From Selaginella moellendorffii (lineage: Eukaryota; Plantae; Lycopodiophyta): a DNA stretch of 64,000 nucleotides. The notes beneath the pieces are model-generated. The model was not told the DNA's origin, did no database searches, and worked only from the letters and a program-made list of their open reading frames with translations. The DNA is taken from NCBI RefSeq assembly GCF_000143415.4, contig NW_003314308.1:124001-188000 (forward strand). Reading direction: 5' to 3'. The translations under genes were made by a program, and so were the position numbers. The first letter of the stretch is position 1. Every line of letters starts with the position of its first letter. Shown here piece by piece: positions 36,781 to 47,093 of this stretch.

Positions 36781-39700
36781 ATCGATGCGGCTCTAGAACC
36801 AATATTTATACATTTTTTCAAGCGATGCTACCTGAGATAGAATGATTGAACAAAAATAAACAAATCATCAACCTGGTGTGCATAAAACCCCAGTGTTAGC
36901 GAAGAAATGATAGCAAAATCTAGGAGACTAGTTGCGAAGAAATCGAGCAAACAAAGACATTAAAGGAAAATGTAAATAAACACTAATTTTGATTTAAGTT
37001 AAAGATTAGGGAAAAGGGTACGCAGCATTATAAAAACAGGGGCGAGAGCTTTCTAGGTATTCACTCATTTCCAATGGCGTTTTCTCGGTGCAACGGTGCT
37101 GCGAACACAGTGTGTCCTCCGGGCCTCCCACCAGCTCTCTTTGAAGAAGTTAAGGCGACCTTGGCTTCCTTGGGCTACAATAGCGGCAATCCAGTTCCTC
37201 ACAACAGCCCCCGCCTCTTCTTCAATAGCGCCTCAAACAACTTCCCTTTAGCAGCAAACGTCTGGCAGCAGCAACAACAACAAGACATCAACAATCTTTC
37301 GGCCAACTCTTTCCAAATCTCGTCACCCCAGTATCCCAAGGTCACGGTCTTGGGCATGGGCAGGAGCTGGCTTTTCGACTTGGGCTCCCCAGTGGATCTC
37401 ATCCTCACGACGATCCGTGCAGATTTGGGCAATTTCAAAGGAAGGCTCGTTCTGGAAGCGGTGAGAGACGGCTTCCCTCCCATCAAGTACGTGCTCGGGG
37501 CCAAGGTCACGGCTATGGCGGAAGGGTGGCAGCTCGTCGTACGCTGTACGGTGCCAAAGCCGTATGCGAGCTACAGGATAAGTACGTTGATGGATCCCAA
37601 GTGTAGTGTCTGTGGGGAGGGGCCGAGAACGAAAGCGCTGCTGCCGTGCCACCATCTCATGTGTGAGGAGTGCGCAGTGCAAATGGCGACGATCCAGAAA
37701 AAGTGCCCGATTTGCAACGTGTGGATCAAGTCGTGTACGGTAGACGTGGCGGAGGCGTACGAACCTGTGATTAAGGAATGGCAAAGGGATTAAACTCAAT
37801 AAAAGTGAGAAAAAGACAAAAATGAAAACTTGCATTATGGAATTAAAAATTTACCAGATAATCACATGGGTTCATAGCAATCACAAAATACGCAAGAAAT
37901 TGGACCTTGTTTTGATAAACACATGGCTCCTCTTCAAGAAGCTTTGCATCTGCATGTATATCTCACAAACTTGGTTATAACTTTCTTAGTCTTGCAATCC
38001 CATTTGCTAATAAAATTCTCCTCTTCTTGGCAATTCAAGCCTATTACAGCCTTTTGGTAGTGGTCCCCCGGTAAGGCTCCGGTTTATCTTCTTGAAAGCA
38101 TAAGAACATTGCTACCACTTTTGTACACATTTTAATGCTGATTTAAACATGGATTATAAACATGCAGAGAGGAGGTCTTAGTGTTAAAGGGCATCTGCTG
38201 GATGGCTAATTGGAGCAGCTACTGGGTAGCCAAGCCAAGAATGTTTATGCATCATCAAAAGCTAGTGATGAGATTCTTAAAGCATCAAGGCGAAGCAGTC
38301 TTTTGTAAGGGTGCAATATATGAACAAACATAAACAATGCAATAGAGTCAATTTTTTTAACCTTTAACGTGTAGAAACATAGAATATGCTCCATAAGTTA
38401 GTGTGAACCACTTTGTATATAATTTCATTACTCAATCTCGCAAATATTGGTTTCAGTTCTCAGTGTTTCAATAGTCATTAGAATTGGTAAGAAAATACAT
38501 GAAAACATGCCAATGTTTTTACATTTTATAACTCATTTAAAAATAAAATCGTTGTCAAAATTACTCTTAAATTAAAAATATTTTAATTTTGGAATTTAAA
38601 ATTTAATAGGCATTTAAATGATATAATAATAAGTATAATATTTTATTATAACTATAAATACAATATGTCTAATACAGTTCAGAACGTTTCTTACTACGGG
38701 TCTGTGAAGCTCACAATTTGGCGCTCGAGAGGAGGAGAAATTGTTCCACTCGGTTTGTGTTTAGAACCCGAGGTGAAGTGTTGCTACGGAGGAAGCTTTC
38801 TGTTCAATTTTCAGCTATCTCATGGAAAAAAAAAAAGAAAAAAAGAAAAAAATCCTGGAAATTGCTAGCAGGAATGCTCCATAACAACGCTGGCTTTTCT
38901 TTTTTGTCACAGGAAAAAGGCAGCCTACCTTTCTCCATCGAGACTTTCTGACGATCTGGAGCAATAGCACCCTATGCTAGTCTTTTCTGCTTTGGCATTA
39001 AAGTTTGCGATAGTACAGACACAAAAACTCTCCAAGACGGATTCAGAAAGCAAACTTCCGCTTCTTGTTCACACTCACCTCGTCGTACCGAAGGACGGCC
39101 TCCACAGGATCAAAATAATTAGGTTTACACACTTCACCGTCAAACTTGCACCCCTCGATGTCATTGACCATCTCGACACCCTTGGGAATCTCCATTTCCT
39201 CTGCACATGGAACGGGTGCAGTGTACCGCAGCAACACTTTGCACTGGCGAATACCTGCATTGTTCATTCCATAAGTATGAGCAGCTATGAAACGCATATA
39301 TAACGAACCTTTCACAGCTTGTTTAGTTACCCTACGGGACTTGTCGCGGTAGCTCTGGAAGCCGAACCCGTCATAGTTCGACTCCGCCAGGAAGAAGCAG
39401 AGTACAAACACATCCGGCTTACTAGTCCCGCCATAGACATCGTTCCATGCACGAAGAGCACTGATATGTGTTTTAAGAGCTTCTGCCGATACTGGATGGC
39501 GTGGTGCTATAGTTGGTTGTGCCAGCGTCCTAGGAAGAATAGTGTAGTCCACAGCCCCATCATTCTTGATCAATGGCCTCCAAACATACTGGATAGCATC
39601 AGCACCTGCCGTCATTCTCAATTAGCCAACCAATGTTAACTGATCTCAGCGCTAACTCACCGGCCTCCAGTAGAGCAGCTTTCAGATCTCCTTCGTAATA

Positions 39701-40549
39701 TCGCAACAACCGCCTTGGTTCCAAATGCTCTTCTCTTTTCATGCTCTTACAGGACGAACACTGCCAAAATACTTCCAGCTCTTGCTTCTTAGTAACTCTG
39801 GTACAGCTGAAGTGGTAGCACTGTTGGCAAACATCGCATACAATCCACTTTCCTCGGTATCTTCCCCGGGAAGGATCTTCACGCGATTTACATTTGCTAC
39901 AGTGCTTATCATCGACCTACAGCAACAAGACTTACTAAATGTAAGAAACGAACAGTAAATCACCATAAGCACCACGGTATGCGTAGCTCCGCGCAGTACA
40001 TAAGCAATGCAAAGCTCCTCAAAAACAAAGCCTCGAAGAACCCCATATTCAGGAATGTCCAACCAAGTCCGCATGAAGAACTCCAGGTCTATCGCTTTCA
40101 TCCTCGTCAGAGCAAGAGTAAACTGGGCCTGGACTTTAACACTGCAAAAGTCAAGGTAGTACTCACGGAATGAAGAGCTCGCAGCCGGCTTCCGGAAATG
40201 TAACAGAGCCCAAGATATTTTCTGCCCTTGAGCTTTCTGTTTGAGGCACTCCAATAGCTGGCCGAGGTCCGTCCTAGACAACGAGTCTCTCACGAATTCT
40301 TCCGGGTTCAATCTCTGGAAGTCATCAGCCCAAAGCAAGCGCACAATGCCTCCGAACCATTTGTAGTATTCTGGAGCAGCTCTGACACGCTCGAAGCCGT
40401 GCTGCACCTGTTGCTCGAGCGCCTGGATAAGTACCTTAAGATCGAAAGCTAACCCCGTTGCTGTCTCACTTTGAGTCTCGACATGTTTCTGCAGCATTTT
40501 CTCTACGCGTTCTTTCACCTCGGGAATTTTAGCCAAATCTGCACGGCCC
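36682..40549. repeat. Right arm of ~3.7-3.9 kb inverted repeat
   Basis: Reverse complement of 31621-35270. Confidence 0.95.
37074..37793 (+). CDS. Intronless C3HC4 RING-finger protein (copy 2)
   Basis: Same as copy 1 except F42P. TATAAAA at ~37029. Confidence 0.85.
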   Translation: MAFSRCNGAANTVCPPGLPPALFEEVKATLASLGYNSGNPVPHNSPRLFFNSASNNFPLAANVWQQQQQQDINNLSANSFQISSPQYPKVTVLGMGRSWLFDLGSPVDLILTTIRADLGNFKGRLVLEAVRDGFPPIKYVLGAKVTAMAEGWQLVVRCTVPKPYASYRISTLMDPKCSVCGEGPRTKALLPCHHLMCEECAVQMATIQKKCPICNVWIKSCTVDVAEAYEPVIKEWQRD

Positions 40550-41331
40550 GCAAGCATGATACTTGCTCCAAAGTCGTATTCCACGTTTGCCCACTTCTCA
40601 AGACTGCGAAGCGTTTTCTTCAGTGTTTCCAGCTCACTCGCAAGTTTCTCGTAGTGGATCCTCCACAAGTCCACCAACGCCGCGTACTCATCTTCCTCCC
40701 ACGGGTACATGTACATGACAGTCTTCTTTCGATCGGGTTTGGCAGCTTTAACGTTTTCCTCGGCTGGCGAAGCCGCAAGTAATACAACAGGTCCGATAGC
40801 ACCATCTGTGGGGACTTTCTGATTTATCAGATGCCACGAGGCTTTGGCAAACGTGGCCGCGGTGAAGCTGTCGCGCTTTGCCACACGGACCGCAGTGCCT
40901 TTGAACTCCCATACGAAGCCATCAGACTCGTAGAGAATGTGCAGCTCCAGCTTGACTTTGGAATCTCTCAACTCTATAGCGGTTCTGACGATGAAGTACC
41001 AAAGGAACGCTGACTTGCCCACACCCGAATTCCCGCTTATGTGGCAAATCCAGTCGTTGGCAGAAAACCCAGACTCTGAGCAGATCTGCCAAAATAAGGA
41101 GTCAAACATCCTCCTTACGTACAAGCTGGACAGTCTCTTGTCTGGCGAGACCGAGATGGGATTAAACATCTTGATAACCTTGCCCGCTGCAATATCCTCC
41201 CGCTTCAAACCCCAGACATAGCTCCACCAAGACTGTAGCGATTCCATCTCTGCGGCAAGCGCACACAAATCAGGCAACGAACATAGCCCAGCTACACTCC
41301 ACTTACCGTCTGGCCCCAACTCGGCGCTCAT
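39043..41331 (-). CDS. Crinkler/RHS-type P-loop NTPase + restriction-endonuclease-fold protein with inserted PHD finger (exons 41331-39964, 39916-39661, 39605-39043; 728 aa)
   Basis: LYVR..HISGNSGVGKSAFLWYF (Walker A)..LLAASP..YMYPWEEDE..FGGIVR..RGFVFEE | PHD CSKC..WIVCDVC..YHFSC..WQCSSC | YVWRPLIKNDGAVD..LAQPTIAPRHPV..LCFFL..FGFQSY; C-terminal KKRK. The 47- and 55-bp GT-AG introns keep frame with no stops. Confidence 0.82.
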
Positions 41332-41433
41332 CCTGTGCCAACTTCAACGTTAGTTTGACCTGTTGTTAGCTTTAGGGTTTGTTATAAGACGCATCTTTCC
41401 AGAATCTAGGGTTTAAAGAGACGATAGCGAGCG

Positions 41434-41557
41434 GAAATCCCCGATAGAAATCAAGCTAGGAATCGATCGATCGACACACAATGCGGCTGAGGTGAAGGCG
41501 TGGATCGTCTCGATCGCCCCCTCCATCGAACTGGAACAGCCCTAGAATATTTCAGCT
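41434..41557. promoter_or_regulatory. Duplicate of the nucleotidyltransferase/UFL1 head-to-head junction (partner ~29174-29356), carrying a decayed first exon/intron of the nucleotidyltransferase gene
   Basis: gaaatccccgatag.aatcaagctaggaatcgatcgatcga..cacaatgcggctg..ggcgtggatcg.ctcgatcgcc..ccatcgaa.tggaa..ccta.aatatttca is present at both sites. Confidence 0.88.
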
Positions 41558-44500
41558 ATGGATGCCGAGCTCCGGGAGCTGGAGCGCCTGTTCGAGGCGG
41601 CGCAGCAGGCCAAGCCGACCGCGCGGCTCTCAGAGCGCAGCGTCGTGGAGCTCGTCGTCAAGCTCCAGCAGCTGGGAATCCTCGATGCCGATCTCTTGCA
41701 CACCGTCTCCGGCAAGGAGTACATCACTCAGGTATGGCTCCTCATCCAAGGATTCCTCCAATCCGGAAATATTTCGGCAGGATCGCTTGCGGCAGGAGAT
41801 GGAGGCCGAGATCAATCGCCTGGGCCGTGTCTCGCTCGTGGATTTGGCGTCCTTGGTCGGCGTCGATCTCTTCCATTGCGAGCGCCAGGCCGACCAGATC
41901 GTGAGCAGCTCGCCGGAGCTCATGCTCGTGCAAGGCGAGGTGGTCTCGACCAAGTACTGGGATAATCTCGCGGAGGAGGTGAACGAGACTTTGCAAGAGG
42001 CCAGCCAAGTCTCTCTCGGAGAGCTTGCGAGACGCTATGGTGTTGGAGCGGAGCTCTTGACTGGGATGCTCTCGTCCCGGATAGGTACCATTGTAAGAAG
42101 CGTGTTCTTGGATTTTTGGTAGAAGATCTAACGCTGGAACTTTTTTCTTTTCTTTTTTCTCGATAGATTCACGCGAAGTTGGAAGGAGGCCAACTCTATA
42201 CTCCAGCATACGTTGCTCGAGTGAAAGCCACGGTTCGCGGAGCTTTGAGAGCCATCACAGTGCCTACGTCCTTGCAAAGTGTGTGGAACCTTTTGCAAGG
42301 TTTGCTTCGAGATAGAGACGATGGTGGTAATGTCACTGGAGAGCACAGCTTGTTTCATATGGTGTTGAACGAGCTTGTCGCGGAGGAAGCGGTGAAAGGT
42401 ACTCTTCGTGGATCAATCTGGACACCAGCGGTAAGAACACTCTTTTCTTTTTTCAGAGATTAACTATTCTATGGTGTCAGGTGTTCGCTCACTCGCAACG
42501 TGAAAGCGTTGAAGCATTCTATTCTCAGGTGCTCTGCTTGGTTTGTCTCTCTTTATACAAGCTTATTCATGTTTGAGTTTCAGAACTCCTACATTACTTA
42601 TGATGCTCTTCAGAAGCTTAACATCTCTCAGCCCAGGCAATACTTGCAGGTAAGTTATCTCACATGTCCTTTCGCTTATTAATTTTGCTTCAGACTAAAT
42701 ATCCAGAAGGCATCGCTTTGGACAATGTATTTGTTCACAATTCCTTCATAAGTCTGCTGGATTCAGCTGCGGAAGAGTCAGTCAAAGGGGGAGGATGGTA
42801 ATTCGAATTCGGCTAGGCTATGTACAAATGAAATGGTTCTTTCAGGTTGGATGCCCTTGACGTCCTTCCATCAACTTTTGGATGCTCAGATTCTGGAAAG
42901 CTGCTACTTTTGTGCCCATTCGTACAACGAGCGTTGAAGGTACATTATGACTGGCAGCCTTATTTGGAGTTTACATTGTATGTGTCGATTTACAGGATTC
43001 AACAGCGACCCTTGTGGCCGAAACATGCATCGTCGGTACAGGCTTTGTAAAGGTCTCTAGTTAAGTGGCTGCCATCATTTTCTAACTCGATGAATTTGGA
43101 CAGGCACTGCTGGAAAAGTTTCAAAATATGTTACGAGAAATTCAAGACAAAACATTCTCGACTCTTGAAGTGAAACTCGAAGCGGAACCTGAGCCTGAGC
43201 TGGACGAGAATGAAACAAAGCCGTTTGCTTCAAGATCGAAGAAGAACGACAAGAAGCAAAAGGATAATAGTATCCGAAAGGAAGAAGAAAACGAAGAAAA
43301 GTCGGGGAAAAGTAAGAAGAAGACAGCAAGACACAAGTCAAGCAAGACTCCATCTGTCAAAGAAGCAGTGCCTTCAAAGGCGAGAAAGGGCTCTCCTGCG
43401 GACGAGATGGATCTTTTGGCTGAAGAGAAGCTATCAAAGAAAATCATCGAATGGTATCCAGACCTTGAGGCTGCCGGAACAGGTATCGTCCATCTGTAAA
43501 TCCACTTCTAACTCTGACCGAGCAACATTGTGCGCAGAGGATGGCGATACAGGTGTTCTTGCAAAATGTTTGGCTGATCAACTGCGACCACAATTGATCT
43601 CATACATGACGTCCCTCAAGCGTGCTTATCTTGGAGCGAAAACAGAGGAGAGGAGAAAACGGATAGATGCACTGCAGCGCAAAATTGATGAGGTTGTATT
43701 TCTGTATGTTTTAGAAATTTCTGATATATCTGCAACAGGATTATGCTAATCTGCAGCTGTTCTCAAAGGCAATAGAGCTGTTTGAAGATGACAAGGGAAT
43801 GGAAGTCGGTATTGCTGAGCTCTTTTATTACAGGCTAACGATGGATATTTGCAGGCTGTCTTGCACAAGCATCTGTTGCGTTCAACTGCTTCCGAAATAA
43901 CGGATGTTTTCCTAGAAACACAGGTTTTACCGAAATTTAATTGAGCGCTTATGATTCTTATTGTATACATTTGCAGGCTTTGGAACATAGGATAGAAAAT
44001 GCCGAAAGTGCTGGAGCTCAACCTTGCAAGCCATTTTCGATGGCAGTGAGGATGTCCCTGGTATGATAGTCCCTGTGGTGACACTGACTCATCCTATCTT
44101 ATCAGGCCAAAAATCTACCTGAACCTCTCTCCTCTGCAGCAACTGAGATGGTGGCGTCTCTGGAAGGAAAGGTGTGCTTTAATATCTAACATATCCATAT
44201 CCGCTGTCACTAACACGAGAGAAATCTTCCTAGAACATTGGAGCATTTGATTCTGCTCTTGAAGCGAGCGTCACGGAAAGGTACGCAAACTGGACGAATT
44301 ATAAATGCTAAGTGCCTTCAGTTGGGTGTTCTTGTAGTGGGCTACGTGTGAGAAAGCTTGACAAGAAGGGAGAACGATCATTGTTTTTTGCATATCGAAA
44401 GGTTAGCGTGCTAATTGATATGGTTGTAGCAAAATTGGCAACGAGAAGTCCTTTCTATCCAGAACCTCTCAGAACAAGTGGACCAAGAACAAGATCCCAT

Positions 44501-44938
44501 CGCTCTACTGCCAAAAGTGGTCGCGTTGCTATACGTCCAGGTGAATATTCCCACTTTCTCCAGTCCTACAGATTCTAGTGCTTACTTGAAAGGTCCACGG
44601 CCGCGCCCTCCAAGCTCCCGGTCGAGCAATGTCGTCGGCGGTGGCTCGACTAAAGGTACGGCCTTTGATGAAAAACTATGTTTCTTCGCGGCTACATAAC
44701 TCGCCGTGACTGTAGAGCGCAATCCCTGACAAGGCATTTAGTACACTGGATCAGTATCTTTCGGAAACAGTCTCGTTGCTATCCAGCAGCGCCGCTGATG
44801 TACGCTATAATCTTCCAGCTGGTCCACTTTCTCACACCGCTGTACCTGCAGGATTCCAAAAAGGCTCGTCTCGCGGAGCGCATGGATGAGCTGAGAGCAT
44901 TAACTCGCACCACCAAAGACACCAAAGATAAGATATAA
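41558..44938 (+). CDS. UFL1: E3 UFM1-protein ligase 1, multi-exon
   Basis: MDAELRELERLFEAAQQAKPTARLSERSVVELVVKLQ..LLHTVSGKEYIT; GRVSLVDLA; LYTPAYVARVKATVRGALRAITVP; ALQAPGRA. Confidence 0.95.
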
Positions 44939-45546
44939 ATGGCGACGCTACAAAGCCTGATTTACGAGTTTTCCTTCGATCTTAAAGAAGGTAAGCTCGT
45001 TTGTTACCTGTGAGGACAAAGTAGTAGCTGTGTGATTGATTGATTTGTGGCTCTTTTAGCGCAGGCTCACAGAGAGAAGAGGAAGGAATCTATGTCCAGT
45101 TTTTTTATCGCGTCTCCCAGAAAAACGAGCGATCAAATGCGGTCGATCGCGCTCTCGTTTTTTTCCTCCAAGCCAAGCAAGCGCCAGACCAGGAAGCTCC
45201 TCTTTGACGAATTTAATTCTCACTTGCGAGCTGGGCTGGGAAAAAAAAGAAGAAAACATCCTTGTCTCCAACCGCAATAAATGTACCAGCAAATGAGAGA
45301 TTCCGGGATTGTTTGAATCCTGACCGTCGATCTTGTGAACTCTTCTGGAACGGAATGTCGCGGCTGCCGTAAATTCCGGCGCGAAATCTCAAATCCCGCC
45401 GTTAACATTCCATTCCAACTCTCAGAGATATAAATTTGGAATGGGGGGAAGCGTAGCGCAGTGGCAGCGAGGGCGATAGCGGCAACGATCGTTCCAAAAT
45501 CTCGATCGCAGTCCAGGGTTGGAGTCTGATTGGAGAGCTCATGATC

Positions 45547-46963
45547 ATGGGGCTTGTGGATCTGGTCACAGGGAGGAGGGGTCCGAGCGGCTTTGGATCC
45601 TCCTCCACTGCCGAGGATGTCACCAAGGGAATCGACGCCAGCAATCTCACTGTCCTCATCACGGGTAATGGTTTCTCGTCTGGCCAGGATGGAAATTTCC
45701 ACATCCGTTGCTCCATTGCGTGCTTCTCCAGGTGGCGCTAGCGGCATTGGGGCCGAGGCATCTCGCGTTCTCGCGATGCGCGGGGCCAGGGTTGTGATCG
45801 CCGCCAGGAATCTCACCGCGGCGAGCGAGGTGAAGAATGCGATCTTGGCGGAATATCCCAAGGCCAGAATAGAATGTTTGAAGATCGATCTCAGCTCTTT
45901 GTCGTCGGTGAGGAGCTTTGCGGCGGAGTTCTTGGCCACGAAGCTCCCGCTCAACATTCTCATGTAAGTTCCTTTGTTTCGAAAATTCCTTCTTTGTTTC
46001 TTTAATATGTTTGTTCTTTTCCTCCTAGAAACAATGCGGGAATTATGATGATTCCTTACGAGCTCTCTCCCGATGGCATTGAAATGCAATTCGCTACAAA
46101 CCATCTGGGTATGCGCCATGGAAATTTTCGGGAGTCTTGACTCTTTTCTTTTCATTTGTTTGTGATGTCTAGGCCATTTTCTTCTCACAAACTTGCTCCT
46201 GGACAAAATGAAGGAGACCGCCAAGGAAAGTGGCATCCAGGGAAGAATTGTCAATCTCTCCTCCATCGCGCACATCGCCTCTTACAGCGGTGGAATCCAG
46301 TTCTCACACCTTAATGACAAAGCCTGGTACACCAAACGACTCTCTTTTCTCGTGAGCTTACATTCTTCCTTTTTTCTTCCAAAAGGTACTCCGACACTAG
46401 AGCATACAGTCAATCCAAGCTCGCGAACATCCTCCACGCCAAAGAACTGGCAATGAGATTCAAGGTATTCGTCTAATGCTTTGAAATCTCTCCCACCTTT
46501 CTCTTTCGTCAATGCTTTCTCTTTCGCTGATTAGGCCCAAGGAGTTGACATCACAGCTAACGCTGTTCATCCAGGGTTTATAATGACGCCTTTGATGCGG
46601 CACACATTCTACATAATGAGTTTGTCTCTTTAACTCGTCATTGTTTTCGGTTACTTATGGAACTTTAATCTTCATGCAGGGGTTCTCAAGTTCTTCTCCA
46701 GCTTCCTTTGGAAAAATGTGCCACAGGTAAGAAGAATTCTCCCAATTATCTGGAAGTTTATTGTGACTAATACGTGGTCGGTCTCTCAGGGCGCTGCTAC
46801 GACGTGCTACGCGGCTCTGCATCCAAGCCTCAAGGACGTCACCGGACAATACTTCGTGGATTCCAACAAATCCAACTGTAGCGCCTATGGCAGAGATCCC
46901 GAGCTCGCTCACAAGCTATGGACCTTCTCCCAGGAGCTTATAGACAAGCATTCTCCGTCCTAA
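45547..46963 (+). CDS. Tic32-like short-chain dehydrogenase/reductase
   Basis: [15 protein letters not shown]; ITGGASGIG; NNAG; [10 protein letters not shown]; YSQSKLAN; [13 protein letters not shown]. Confidence 0.93.
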
Positions 46964-47093
46964 AGATAAAAGGTTGATGGTGCTAGAGAGCGAGCGAGCG
47001 AGCGAGCAAACGAGGACAACTGGACAGTGATTCGTGGATAGACTGTATTTACTCTTCTCGAAAGCTCGAGCTCGAGCTCGAGCTCGAGCTTGA

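Noticed and set aside
39043-39300. Chromodomain-like flavour in the C-terminal tail of the Crinkler-type protein
   Set aside because: Lacks the YLVKW and TWEP core; cannot be supported by eye.
39739-39963. C-terminal 74 aa of the 530-aa ORF
   Set aside because: Read-through of an intron and an off-frame translation of the PHD exon.
45220-46275. 351-aa minus-strand ORF
   Set aside because: Antisense shadow of the SDR gene.
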